Shown: positions 10,711-20,126, counted from the first letter of the stretch. The stretch: DNA of 59,837 bases from Burkholderiales bacterium (GCA_046596405.1 JBKJMN010000132.1:1-59837), one strand, 5' to 3'. Translations and numbers: made by a program. The notes: generated by a model from the sequence alone, not told the origin.

Positions 10711-11421
10711 CTATTTTTTTCCTGCCGCCGCACTGGTCGCCGGCGCAGGTTGTTGCGCCGGCTTAGTGCCGCCCGCCGCGGACGCGCCGGTCAGCTCCAA
10801 GAAACGCTTTTTCATGTCGTCATACCGCTGATTAAGGTCCGCAACTTCCTTGCGTTTCTGTACGATCTGGGCCTGAATTTTTGTCTTGCCCGCTTCGGCG
10901 CGGTCGTACTCCTCCTGCAGCGGCGCCGGGACCGGCTTATTCTCCTTCTTAAGTTGCGCAATGCGGCTGAGCGCGTCCGCCTGCCGGTCATTGGTGTTCT
11001 TCAGGTTGGTTTGCTGCGCTTCGATATTCGACTCGACCAACTGGATGTCGCGGCTGCGTTTGAGGTCGATTTCCTTTGTCGTGGTGAACGTATCGAGCAA
11101 CGCCGTGTCCTTGCGCTTCTGTTCGGCCGCCACCACATTTTCTGCCTGCTTGCGCTCCTGTTCCGCCTGCTGCATTTTTTTCTGCTCCGCCGTCGACGCG
11201 GGGTCGGACTCATTGACGGTAACCCCGCGCTTGTTGAGCTCGCGGGTCGCATTGTCCTGATACTCCGGCGGCACCTTGTCGCCGCAGCCGACGGTTTTTC
11301 CGGCTTTATCTTTCCAGCACACCAAGCCGCCGCCACCTTTTTGCTGGGCCAGCGCCGGTCCGGTAGTCAACGCGATCACGCACGCGACTATAAAAAAAAA
11401 CGTTGATTGAAAATTTCGCAT
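10711..11421 (-). CDS. Secreted coiled-coil protein with an N-terminal two-Cys DUF4124-like motif (paralog 1)
   Basis: Signal peptide ending ALAQ, motif VCWKDKAGKTVGCGDKVPPEY, long K/E/Q-rich heptad-like region, Ala/Pro/Gly-rich tail. GGAG lies 9 nt upstream of the ATG. The DUF4124 assignment is from memory of the WxD..G....sD.pP motif. Confidence 0.7.
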   Translation of the reverse strand: MRNFQSTFFFIVACVIALTTGPALAQQKGGGGLVCWKDKAGKTVGCGDKVPPEYQDNATRELNKRGVTVNESDPASTAEQKKMQQAEQERKQAENVVAAEQKRKDTALLDTFTTTKEIDLKRSRDIQLVESNIEAQQTNLKNTNDRQADALSRIAQLKKENKPVPAPLQEEYDRAEAGKTKIQAQIVQKRKEVADLNQRYDDMKKRFLELTGASAAGGTKPAQQPAPATSAAAGKK

Positions 11422-11522
11422 AAATGTTTACTCCAAATGGCGAAACCGGTTTGACTACTGGTTGAATCAATTTCCGCCGGGTGCTTCTGCCAATACTTGC
11501 TCAGATCGTGATGTTAAGTGTT

Positions 11523-12233
11523 TTACTTTCGCGGCGTTCCGCCCGCAACAGCCGGAGTTCCGGCGGCAGGAGCGGGCGGCGCCAGTGCTGTCGTGGGGGC
11601 GACGCCCGTCAGTTCGGAAAACCGCTTTTTCATTTCGTCATATTGCTGATTCAGGTCTGCAATTTCCTTGCGCTTTTGCGCAATCTGCGCCTGTATCTTC
11701 ACCTTGTTGCCCTCGGCGCGATCGTATTCTTCCTGTATAGGCGCCGGTACCGGCTTGTTCTCTTTTTTGAACTGCTCGCTGCGGTTGCGCGCATCGGCCT
11801 GGCGGTCGTTCGCGTTCTTCAGATTGGTCTGCTGCGCTTCGATGTTGGACTCGATCAACTGGATGTCGCGGTTGCGCTTGAGATCGATTTCCTTGACTGT
11901 CGTGAACGTGTCGAGCAGCGCCTTGTCTTTGCGTTTCAACTCGGCAGCATGCAGCTTATCCGCGGCCTTGCGATCTGCTTCCTCCTGCAGCGCCTTTTTC
12001 TGGTCCGGTGTCAGCGCGGGCTCGGACTGGTTCACTGTGACGCCGCGCTGATTGAGCTGCTTGGTCGCGTTGTCCTGATATTCAGGCGGCACTTTGTCGC
12101 CGCAACCGACGGTCTTGCCTGCTTTGTCTTTCCAGCAGACGATTCTGCCGCCGGTTTGGCCCGGGGTCTGCGCGTGCGCCGAACCAAGCGCGAAGACCAG
12201 CGCGATCAGGGGCAGCGCTCGTACATTATGCAT
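11523..12233 (-). CDS. Secreted coiled-coil protein with an N-terminal two-Cys DUF4124-like motif (paralog 2)
   Basis: Same length (236 codons) and architecture as 10711-11421, and roughly 70% identical by eye. Its ATG overlaps the pyrE stop by 8 nt. Confidence 0.7.
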   Translation of the reverse strand: MHNVRALPLIALVFALGSAHAQTPGQTGGRIVCWKDKAGKTVGCGDKVPPEYQDNATKQLNQRGVTVNQSEPALTPDQKKALQEEADRKAADKLHAAELKRKDKALLDTFTTVKEIDLKRNRDIQLIESNIEAQQTNLKNANDRQADARNRSEQFKKENKPVPAPIQEEYDRAEGNKVKIQAQIAQKRKEIADLNQQYDEMKKRFSELTGVAPTTALAPPAPAAGTPAVAGGTPRK

Positions 12234-12882
12234 TGGCGGTTACTCCGTATTGTTCGCGATATTTTTTTACCGCGCTCAGGTTGGCAGACATGGCCGCATC
12301 CGCCTGTAGATAAGCCACGACATCATCGAGACGGGCCACGCTGATGACCGGCATCCCGTAATAACGCTCGACTTCCTGTACGGCTGACAACTCGCCCGTG
12401 CCGCGCTCCATGCGGTCGAGCGCGATCGCCACGCCGCACGGCGTCGCCTGCGCGCCCTTGATGATGTCGACCGATTGCCGCACCGAGGTGCCGGCGGAGA
12501 TCACATCGTCGATGATCAGCACGCGGCCCGCGAGCGGCGCGCCGACGGTTAAACCGCCTTCGCCATGGTCTTTTTCTTCCTTGCGGTTGAAGCTGTAGCG
12601 CACGTTGCGTCCCGCCTCGGCGAGCGCGATTGCGACGGCGGCCACCAGGGGAATGCCTTTGTAAGCGGGGCCGAATAGCATGTCGAAGCCGACCCCGGCG
12701 GCGAGGATGGCTTTGGCGTAAAATTGCGCGAGTTGTTGGAGCGATTGGCCGTCAAAAAACAGGCCCGCATCGAAAAAGTAAGGCGACAGGCGACCCGCCT
12801 TGGTTTTGAATTCCCCAAAATTGAGAACTTTTTTCGCCACCACGAACTGGATGAATTCGTGTCTGAAGTTGTCCGGCATCAA
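12226..12882 (-). CDS. pyrE: Orotate phosphoribosyltransferase
   Basis: FGEFKTKAGRLSPYFFDAG and the PRPP-binding loop VLIIDDVISAGTS. 218 codons. Confidence 0.94.
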   Translation of the reverse strand: MMPDNFRHEFIQFVVAKKVLNFGEFKTKAGRLSPYFFDAGLFFDGQSLQQLAQFYAKAILAAGVGFDMLFGPAYKGIPLVAAVAIALAEAGRNVRYSFNRKEEKDHGEGGLTVGAPLAGRVLIIDDVISAGTSVRQSVDIIKGAQATPCGVAIALDRMERGTGELSAVQEVERYYGMPVISVARLDDVVAYLQADAAMSANLSAVKKYREQYGVTANA

Positions 12883-12947
12883 ATTCCCGCACGTTGAACG
12901 CTCACCGAACTGCTCATGCTGAATAGGTTAAAAGCAGGCAAAACATT

Positions 12948-13724
12948 ATGTTACGCGTAATCACCGCGAACCTCAACGGCATCCGTTCGGCCGCCGCTAA
13001 GGGATTCCTGCGCTGGCTCGTGCGTCAGAAGGCTGACGTTGTTTGCGTGCAGGAATTGAAAGCGCAGGCGGCCGACCTCACCGCGGAGATGCTCGCGCCG
13101 AAGGGCTACCACGGGTTTTTTCATTACGCCGAGAAAAAAGGCTATAGCGGCGTGGGACTTTATTCGAAGCAGAAACCGGACCGCGTGAGCGAAGGCATAG
13201 GCGTGCGCGAGTTCGACGCGGAGGGCCGTTACGTGCGCGCGGATTTCGGCCAGCTGTCGGTGATTTCCGTGTACCTGCCTTCGGGGTCGGCCGGCGAGCA
13301 CCGTCAGCAATCGAAGTTCCGCTTCATGGCCGCGTTTCATCCCTACCTTGCACAGCTTGAGCGCGAAGGCCGCGAATTGATCGTGTGCGGCGACTGGAAC
13401 ATCGCGCACCGGGAAATCGATCTCAAAAACTGGCGTGGCAACCGCAAGAACTCGGGATTTCTGCCGGAAGAGCGCGCATGGCTCACGAGGATTTTCGACG
13501 AGCTCAAATTCGTCGACGTCTTCCGCGTGATCGATCAGCGCGCCGACCAGTACACATGGTGGTCGAACCGCGGCCAGGCGTGGGCAAAAAATGTCGGCTG
13601 GCGCATCGACTACCAGATTGCAACGCCGGCGATTGCCGCGCGCGCACGCACTGTAAAAATCTACCTCGACAACCGCTTTTCCGATCACGCGCCGTTAACC
13701 ATCGACTACGCCTACCCATCGTGA
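12948..13724 (+). CDS. xthA: Exodeoxyribonuclease III
   Basis: MLRVITANLNGIRSA..., CVQELK, GDWNIAH and SDHAPL are EEP/ExoIII family motifs. 258 codons. Confidence 0.92.
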   Translation: MLRVITANLNGIRSAAAKGFLRWLVRQKADVVCVQELKAQAADLTAEMLAPKGYHGFFHYAEKKGYSGVGLYSKQKPDRVSEGIGVREFDAEGRYVRADFGQLSVISVYLPSGSAGEHRQQSKFRFMAAFHPYLAQLEREGRELIVCGDWNIAHREIDLKNWRGNRKNSGFLPEERAWLTRIFDELKFVDVFRVIDQRADQYTWWSNRGQAWAKNVGWRIDYQIATPAIAARARTVKIYLDNRFSDHAPLTIDYAYPS

Positions 13725-13746
13725 TGATTGCCGCCAGGAGACCCGT

Positions 13747-14865
13747 ATGAGTTCGTATCCCGCCGCCGAGATCGGCATGCCGCTTGCCGAAGTCGACACG
13801 CCGTGCCTGTTGCTCGAGCTCGATCAATTCGAGCGCAACCTCAAGCGCCTGCCCGAGTCGTTGCGCGGCACCGCGATACGCTTGCGGCCGCACGCGAAGA
13901 GCCACAAATGTCCGGAGATCGCACTCAGGCAAATCGCACTCGGCGCGGCCGGCGTATGCGTGCAGAAAGTCAGCGAAGCCGCCGTGCTCGTCGACGGCGG
14001 CGTCAACGACGTGCTGATCGCCAACGAAGTCGTCGGCGCGCCCAAGCTGAAGTTGCTCGCTGCGCTCAACCGGCGCGCGCACGTCGCCGTGTGCGCCGAC
14101 GACGCGGGCAACGTCGTCGCGCTCGAGGCGGCTGCGCGCGCCGCCGGCGTGACGCTCGATGTGCTCGTGGAGATCGACGTCGGCGCCGGCCGTTGCGGCG
14201 CGCAACCTGGCGCACCGGCGGTCACGTTGGCACAACAGATTGCCGCGTGCGGGAGTCTGCGCTTCGCGGGGCTCCAGGCTTACCAGGGTTCGGCGCAGCA
14301 TATCCGCAACGTTGACGCGCGGCGCGAAGCCATCACGCGCGCAGTCGCCCACGTGCGCGCAACGACCGGACTGCTCACCGCAGCAGGCATTGCGTGCGAT
14401 TACGTGACGGGCGCCGGCACCGGCAGCTATATGTTTGAGGCGGCGAGTAGCGTCTATCACGAGCTGCAGGCGGGTTCGTACATCTTCATGGACGCCGACT
14501 ACGCGAAAAACGACTGGACCGAGAGCGGTATTCCGCTGTTTGAGCACAGTTTGTTTGTGTGGACGACGGTCATGAGCGCGCCTGCGCGCGATCGCGTGGT
14601 GGTCGACGCAGGGCTCAAGGCCTCGAGCATCGATTCAGGCATGCCGCGTGTTGCCGACTATGCGGACGTTGAATACGTGAAAGCCTCGGACGAGCACGGC
14701 GTGCTGCAGATTTCCGGCGCGACGCGCTTGAACGTGGGCGACAAACTGAAGCTGATACCCGGGCACTGCGACCCGACGGTCAATCTCTACGACCGCTACG
14801 TGTGTATGCGCAACGGGCGCGTCGAGGCGTTGTGGCCGGTTGCCGCGCGCGGCGCGCTGCTGTAA
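13747..14865 (+). CDS. DSD1-family PLP enzyme (D-serine dehydratase-like or D-threonine aldolase-like, alanine racemase N-terminal fold)
   Basis: LRPHAKSHKCPEIA (PLP lysine context) and the C-terminal HCDPTVNLYD motif typical of this family. AGGAG lies 8 nt upstream of the ATG. Substrate is unknown. Confidence 0.7.
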   Translation: MSSYPAAEIGMPLAEVDTPCLLLELDQFERNLKRLPESLRGTAIRLRPHAKSHKCPEIALRQIALGAAGVCVQKVSEAAVLVDGGVNDVLIANEVVGAPKLKLLAALNRRAHVAVCADDAGNVVALEAAARAAGVTLDVLVEIDVGAGRCGAQPGAPAVTLAQQIAACGSLRFAGLQAYQGSAQHIRNVDARREAITRAVAHVRATTGLLTAAGIACDYVTGAGTGSYMFEAASSVYHELQAGSYIFMDADYAKNDWTESGIPLFEHSLFVWTTVMSAPARDRVVVDAGLKASSIDSGMPRVADYADVEYVKASDEHGVLQISGATRLNVGDKLKLIPGHCDPTVNLYDRYVCMRNGRVEALWPVAARGALL

Positions 14866-15133
14866 CGCGCCCCGCGCCGGTCAAACCGGATGCAACGATT
14901 TCGGGGCGGGTAGCCCGCCACGCGGGCCATTGTGGTGGTTGCGGCATGGACACTCGCGTTATTTTTTCGGCAGCGGTAAAAACGGCGTGCAGGTGCGCCG
15001 CAGCACGCGTGCGCGATGCGCGCTATCAAGCGAGACCGGCCAAATGTATTATGAACCGCGATGCCGCCTGCGCGCGCCATCAGGGTCGCGCGGAGTTACG
15101 GGGCTCATTAATCGAAAGACGTGAGGACAACCT

Positions 15134-16456
15134 ATGAAATGGCTGAAACGACTGTCGATCGCGCTGGTGGCGCTGCTGGCGATTGCCGCTGCGATTCCCC
15201 TATTCGTCAAGCTCGACGACTTCATTCCGCGCATAGAACGCGAAGCGTCGGCGAAGTTGAAGGAACCGGTGACGATTAAAAGTATCAAGCTTGGCCTGCT
15301 GCCCGTGCCGCATATCACGGTCGATGGCATCACGGTCGGCAAGACCGGTGACATCACGCTCGATAAGGTCATCGTCACTCCGGCGTTGCTTTCGCTCTTG
15401 TCCGCGCCGAAAGTCATCCGGTCGCTCGAATTGAAATCGCTCGTGCTGACGCAAAAAGCCATCGACAAGATTCCGCTGTGGAGCAAAGCGGATCCGGCAT
15501 CGCCGCCGCCGGTCAGGATCGAAAGCATCCGGCTCGACGATGCGCTGGTCAAGCTCGACAAGTCGAGTTTCGGCCCGTTCGATGCGCGCGTGACGCTCGA
15601 CGGCAAGGGCGAGCCGGTGGACGCGCTGATCACGACCCAGGACGGCAAGCTCAAGGCCTCGATCAAGCCCGACAAGGGCAATTATCTGATCGAGGCGGTC
15701 GCGAAGGGATGGAAGCCGCCGGTTGGCCCCCCCATCGAGTTCGACGAGTTGCTCATCAAAGGTGTGGCGACGCTCCACAGCGCCGACTTTAGCCAGGTCG
15801 CTGCCAAGCTCTACGGCGGGACGGTCGCTGGCAAGGCAACCGCCGGCTGGCAAAAAGGCCTGCAGGTGAAGGGCAGCTTCGAGATCGCGCAGGTCGAATT
15901 GAAATCTCTGGTGCCGCTGGTTTCTCCCGGCACTAAAATGAGCGGCCGGCTCAACGCGAAGCCGGTGTTCTCGACGGCGGCCGCGGATCCGGCTCAGCTC
16001 ATGAACGCCCTGCACGTGGAAACGCCTTTCAGCGTGCTAAACGGCATCCTGTACGGCGTCGATATTCAGAAGGCGGCAACCAGTCTACTGAGCAAAGGGC
16101 CGCCGGGCGGCGAGACCCGTTTCGAGCAGTTGTCCGGCCACCTCGTGCGCGATCGCGCCGCGCACAAGTTCACGGACCTCAAGATTTCGTCGGGCGCGCT
16201 CGCCGCGGATGGAAACGTCAATATTTCGGCCAAGCAGGAGTTGTCGGGACGCGTCAACGCGCAGGTCAAAGCCGTCGGTACCAGCGCGAGTATCCCGCTC
16301 AACGTCGCGGGAACCGTGCATTCGCCGCTGCTATATCCGACCGGCGGCACCCTGGCGGGCGCTGCGATCGGCACCATATTGGCCCCGGGGATCGGCACCG
16401 GCATAGGCGCGAAAGCGGGGCAGGCGATCGAAGGCCTGTTCGGCAAGAAGAAGTAG
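15134..16456 (+). CDS. AsmA family outer-membrane biogenesis protein (short form)
   Basis: N-terminal anchor MKWLKRLSIALVALLAIAAAIPLF, followed by the repetitive beta-rich AsmA-like N-domain. 440 codons. Confidence 0.7.
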   Translation: MKWLKRLSIALVALLAIAAAIPLFVKLDDFIPRIEREASAKLKEPVTIKSIKLGLLPVPHITVDGITVGKTGDITLDKVIVTPALLSLLSAPKVIRSLELKSLVLTQKAIDKIPLWSKADPASPPPVRIESIRLDDALVKLDKSSFGPFDARVTLDGKGEPVDALITTQDGKLKASIKPDKGNYLIEAVAKGWKPPVGPPIEFDELLIKGVATLHSADFSQVAAKLYGGTVAGKATAGWQKGLQVKGSFEIAQVELKSLVPLVSPGTKMSGRLNAKPVFSTAAADPAQLMNALHVETPFSVLNGILYGVDIQKAATSLLSKGPPGGETRFEQLSGHLVRDRAAHKFTDLKISSGALAADGNVNISAKQELSGRVNAQVKAVGTSASIPLNVAGTVHSPLLYPTGGTLAGAAIGTILAPGIGTGIGAKAGQAIEGLFGKKK

Positions 16457-16468
16457 AGCGGCTGCCGG

Positions 16469-17743
16469 TCAGCCAGTCGCGGCGGGTGGCGCCGGCCGAT
16501 CGCCGTTCCACGGCGCGACTTTCGGCAGCAGCAACATTCCCGGCAGGGCGAGCACCGTGCAGATCAAAAAGAAATTGAGCCAGCCGGTTTGCTCGACCAA
16601 AACGCCGGTGACCGAGTTGAGCACCACGCGCGGTGCGGCGGCGAGGCTCGTGAACAAGGCGAACTGGGTTGCGGTATAAAGCGGGTGCGTCGCGCGCGCA
16701 ATGTAGGCGACGAACGCAACGGTGCCCAGGCCGACGCCGAGCGCTTCGAAGCTGATCGCGAGCGCGAGCATCATGCGGTCGCGCGGAAATTCGGTCAGCA
16801 CCGCGAAGCCCAGAATAGACACGACCTGCACGACCCCGAACAGCCACAGCGCGCGATTGATGCCGAGCTTCAGCATCCAGAGGCCGCCGAGCAGCCCGCC
16901 GATCACGCTGGGCCACAGTCCCGCATGCTTGGCGATCAAGCCGATTTCGGTTTTGGTAAAACCCATATCGAGGTAAAACGGCGTCGCCAGCGCCGTGGCC
17001 ATGCTGTCGCCGAGCTTGTAGAGCACCATGAACGCAAGCATGAGCAGGGCCGAGCGCAGGCCCGCGCGCGTGATGAATTCGCGAAATGGCTCCACCACGG
17101 CATCGCGCAGCGTACGCGGTGGCGTACCTGCGAGTTTCGGCTCGCCGATCACCAGTGTCATGGCGATACCCGGCAGCATGAACAGTGCGGTGATCACGAA
17201 GACCGTGCTCCAGGGCAGGATGTCAGCGAGTATCAACGACAGCGAACCCGGCACCAGGCCGGCGATGCGATACGCGTTGACGTGAATGGAATTGCCGAGT
17301 CCAAGCTCGCTGTCGGCGAGGATTTCACGGCGGTAGGCATCGAGCACGATGTCCTGGGTCGCGCTCAGAAACGCGACGGTCATCGCGAGCAGCGCGATGG
17401 CCAGCAGATCGAATTGCGGGTTGAGCGCGCCGAAAACGGGGAGGGCGACGAGCAGTGCGAGTTGAGAAACGAGCATCCAGCCGCGCCGGCGGCCAAACCC
17501 CGGCAGCGCGTAGCGGTCAAGCAGCGGTGACCACAGGAATTTCCAGTTGAACGGAAACTGCATCAGCGCAAACAGCCCGATCGCGCGCAAATCGACATGC
17601 TCGGAACGCAGCCACGCCGGCAGCAGCGACAGCAGGATGTACAGCGGCAATCCCGAGCTGAACCCGGTGAACACGCAAATCAGCATGCGCCGGTTGAACA
17701 GCGCCTGACGCCAGCCGCCGCGCCCGGGTGGCAGGTCTGCCAT
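16469..17743 (-). CDS. ampG: AmpG family muropeptide MFS permease
   Basis: GFSSGLPLYILLSLLPAWL...KFLWSPLLDRY...GRRRGWML is the AmpG signature region. About 12-14 TM segments. Confidence 0.85.
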   Translation of the reverse strand: MADLPPGRGGWRQALFNRRMLICVFTGFSSGLPLYILLSLLPAWLRSEHVDLRAIGLFALMQFPFNWKFLWSPLLDRYALPGFGRRRGWMLVSQLALLVALPVFGALNPQFDLLAIALLAMTVAFLSATQDIVLDAYRREILADSELGLGNSIHVNAYRIAGLVPGSLSLILADILPWSTVFVITALFMLPGIAMTLVIGEPKLAGTPPRTLRDAVVEPFREFITRAGLRSALLMLAFMVLYKLGDSMATALATPFYLDMGFTKTEIGLIAKHAGLWPSVIGGLLGGLWMLKLGINRALWLFGVVQVVSILGFAVLTEFPRDRMMLALAISFEALGVGLGTVAFVAYIARATHPLYTATQFALFTSLAAAPRVVLNSVTGVLVEQTGWLNFFLICTVLALPGMLLLPKVAPWNGDRPAPPAATG

Positions 17744-17747
17744 CCGG

Positions 17748-18344
17748 CTACGCGCGCTCGAAACGGTACACGGCGAGCGCGCCGAGCAGGTTCGGCATCA
17801 GCGTGACGGCGTTGCCGCCGGTGATCACGATGCGCTCGCGGATGCGCACGCCGTGGCCGCGGCAGAAATTCTCGAAGTCGTCCATCGTGCACAGGTGAAT
17901 GTTCGGGGTGTCGAACCACGCGTAGGGCAGGTTGTCCGACACCGGCATATGGCCGCGCATGACCTGCAGCCGGTTGCGCCAGTAGCCGAAGTTCGGGAAT
18001 GTAACGATGCCTTCGCGGCCGACGCGCAGCATCTCGCTGATGACGCTTTCGCTGCTGCGCACCGCCTGCAATGTTTGCGACAGAATCACGTAATCAAACG
18101 AGTCGTCCGCGAACCCCGACAGGCCGCGCTCCATGTCGCCCTGAATCACGTTCACGCCGTTGGTCGCGCACGCGAGCACGCCCGCGTCGTCGATTTCGAC
18201 CCCGTAACCGATGCTGTCACGCTGGTCGGCGAGAAAGCGCAGCAGCGAGCCGTCGCCGCAACCCAGATCGAGCACGCGCGCACCGGGCTTGATCCAGGTG
18301 GCGATTGCCGCAAAATCGGCGCGTTGCATGGCGTGCGTGTTCAT
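17748..18344 (-). CDS. metW: Methionine biosynthesis protein MetW
   Basis: SAM-methyltransferase-like fold with [15 protein letters not shown] overlaps the metX stop (ATGA). Classic metX-metW pair. Confidence 0.9.
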   Translation of the reverse strand: MNTHAMQRADFAAIATWIKPGARVLDLGCGDGSLLRFLADQRDSIGYGVEIDDAGVLACATNGVNVIQGDMERGLSGFADDSFDYVILSQTLQAVRSSESVISEMLRVGREGIVTFPNFGYWRNRLQVMRGHMPVSDNLPYAWFDTPNIHLCTMDDFENFCRGHGVRIRERIVITGGNAVTLMPNLLGALAVYRFERA

Positions 18345-19489
18345 GCGGCGAATTCCGCGCTGATGCGGTCGAAGTAGGCCGCGACGACGCGATGATAACG
18401 CGCGTCGTCGAGCAGGAACGCGTCGTGGCCGTGCGGCGCGTCGATTTCTGCGTAAGTGACATTGCGCCGGTTGTCGAGCAGCGCCTTGATGATTTCGCGC
18501 GAGCGCTCGGGCGAGAATCGCCAGTCGGTCGTAAACGAGACCACGAGGAAACCCGCGGTCGCCGGCTCAAGCGCCAGACTCAGGTTGCCGCCGTGCGCGG
18601 CGGCCGGGTCGAAATAGTCGAGCGCCTTCGTAATGCGCAAATACGTATTGGCGTCGAAGTAGTCGGCAAACTTGTCGGCCTGATGGCTCAAGTACGATTC
18701 GATCTCGAATTCGACGCCGAACGTGTAGTTGAGGCGGCCATGACGCAGCTGGCGGCCGAACTTGCTCGCCATCTCGTCGTCCGACAGATAAGTGATATGG
18801 CCGACCATGCGCGCCACTCGCAGGCCGCGCGTCGGCCGTGTCGCATGCTCGTAATAATGGCCGCCATGAAAGTCGGGGTCGGTGATAATCGCCTGGCGCG
18901 CGACCTCGTTGAACGCGATATTCTGCGCCGACAGATTGGGCGCGCAGGCGATCACGAGTGCGTGCCCGAGGCGGTCCGGGTATTGAATGGTCCACGACAG
19001 CGCCTGCATCGCGCCCAGGCTGCCGCCCATGACGGCGGCGAAACGGCGGATACCCAGTTGATCGGCGAGACGCGCCTGGGTCGTGACCCAGTCTTCGACG
19101 GTCACGAGAGGAAAATCGGCACCCCACGGCTTGCCCGTCGCCGGATTCGTCGACGACGGGCCCGTCGAACCAAAGCAGCCGCCCAGGTTGTTGACCCCGA
19201 TGACGCAGAAGCGGTTGGTGTCGAGCGGCTTGCCGGGACCGATGATGTTGTCCCACCAGCCAACGTTCTGCGGATCTTCAGGGTAATAGCCTGCGACGTG
19301 ATGCGACGCATTGAGCGCATGACACACGAGCACCGCGTTGGATTTGTCGGCGTTGAGCGTGCCGTACATTTCGTACGCGAGTTCGTAACCCGCCAGCGTG
19401 GTGCCGCACTTCAAGGGCAGCGGAGCGGTAAAGCGGGCGGTGCGGGGCGTGACCGCGCCGACTGACTGTGGTTGTACTGTGTCTTTCAT
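18341..19489 (-). CDS. metX: Homoserine O-acyltransferase MetX (acetyl- versus succinyl-transfer cannot be told from sequence by eye)
   Basis: SVGAVTP...[17 protein letters not shown], nucleophile elbow [10 protein letters not shown], 382 codons, alpha/beta hydrolase. Confidence 0.93.
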   Translation of the reverse strand: MKDTVQPQSVGAVTPRTARFTAPLPLKCGTTLAGYELAYEMYGTLNADKSNAVLVCHALNASHHVAGYYPEDPQNVGWWDNIIGPGKPLDTNRFCVIGVNNLGGCFGSTGPSSTNPATGKPWGADFPLVTVEDWVTTQARLADQLGIRRFAAVMGGSLGAMQALSWTIQYPDRLGHALVIACAPNLSAQNIAFNEVARQAIITDPDFHGGHYYEHATRPTRGLRVARMVGHITYLSDDEMASKFGRQLRHGRLNYTFGVEFEIESYLSHQADKFADYFDANTYLRITKALDYFDPAAAHGGNLSLALEPATAGFLVVSFTTDWRFSPERSREIIKALLDNRRNVTYAEIDAPHGHDAFLLDDARYHRVVAAYFDRISAEFAA

Positions 19490-19490
19490 A

Positions 19491-19583
19491 AACGAAAAAA
19501 CCCGGTCTGCTTGCGTCAGCCCGGGTTGTCTTTCTCTTTAGCCGGATTTATTAGGCGCCCGCAAGCTGAACTCAAATCGGCGC
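19491..19583 (-). promoter_or_regulatory. Structured metX leader: a 5' hairpin plus a terminator-like hairpin ending 1 nt before the start codon
   Basis: Reverse strand: GCGCC-gatttgagttcagcttgcg-GGCGC (19583-19555), an A-rich linker, then AACCCGG-15 nt-CCGGGTT followed by TTTTCGTTT and ATG (19527-19490). There is no SD between the hairpin and the ATG. Confidence 0.5.
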
Positions 19584-19598
19584 ACAAAAACTGGCTCA

Positions 19599-19628
19599 AC
19601 CTTACCGTTTAGCGGTGGCAGTTGTCAA
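19599..19628 (-). promoter_or_regulatory. Candidate sigma-70 promoter for metX-metW-ampG
   Basis: The reverse strand reads TTGACA (19628-19623), an 18-nt spacer, then TAAGGT (19604-19599). It starts 9 nt after the stop of the upstream hypothetical gene. Confidence 0.5.
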
Positions 19629-19636
19629 ATCTCCGC

Positions 19637-20062
19637 TCAAGCCCGATCAGCACCGTCAGGCGGGCTGCGCCGCGGCAACGCGGTCACGCCGCGGTTGACG
19701 GCGCGCCCGTATTCGCGCATTTTCGCGACGATTAAATCGCGCGTGAGAATGTCGAGCTCGCGCGCTTCCCGGGCGAAGCGCTGGCGCACGAAACGGTGCG
19801 GGAACTGCCCGGCACCGGTGAGTATCGGCGTCATGCGGCCCAAGCGGCCGCCGTCGCCGCCATCGATCTTGTTGTGCGAGAACCCGTGCTCGCGATGCCA
19901 GGAAAAGGCGCGCTCGCGGCCGCGCACGTCGTAACACAACTGAAAGCTCACGAGTGCCTGGCCGGGCGCATACCACGTATACAGATCGAAAAACTCGTCC
20001 TGATACCAGCGGCGCGTGAGACCCGGACGGTCCTGGCGCACGCCCGGGATTTCACGCAACAT
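19637..20062 (-). CDS. Hypothetical protein, 141 codons, no family recognised
   Basis: ATG start with GGGAG 8 nt upstream. GC-rich third positions like the neighbours. Fills the gap between ptsI and the metX promoter. No motif I can name. Confidence 0.55.
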   Translation of the reverse strand: MLREIPGVRQDRPGLTRRWYQDEFFDLYTWYAPGQALVSFQLCYDVRGRERAFSWHREHGFSHNKIDGGDGGRLGRMTPILTGAGQFPHRFVRQRFAREARELDILTRDLIVAKMREYGRAVNRGVTALPRRSPPDGADRA

Positions 20063-20078
20063 GCTTTACGCTCCCGTC

Positions 20079-20107
20079 AAAAGCGGCGCGTAATTCGTGA
20101 CCGCCGC
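20079..20107 (-). terminator. Weak terminator-like hairpin after ptsI
   Basis: Reverse strand: GCGGCG, a 13-nt loop, CGCCGC, then TTTT. Lies 20 nt after the ptsI stop. Confidence 0.3.
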
Positions 20108-20126
20108 GCGCGGGATGGGCATGGCG

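Noticed and set aside
14866-15133. Small ORFs (14796-15080 minus, 14802-15137 plus, 14840-15124 plus) and a possible sRNA in the 268-nt gap before the asmA-like gene.
   Set aside because: The ORF products are Arg/Cys/Ala-rich with no SD or motifs. I saw only GC hairpins (CGCCCCG...CGGGGCG at 14868-14908 and GCCCGC-cac-GCGGGC at 14913-14927) without U-tracts. That is not enough to call an RNA gene.
19490-19636. Calling the metX leader a SAM-II riboswitch outright.
   Set aside because: The 5' hairpin looks similar, but the 3' tail reads CCGGCUAAAG rather than the AAAGCU pseudoknot strand I remember. Only about 4 bp of pseudoknot can be drawn. It is kept as an unclassified candidate leader.
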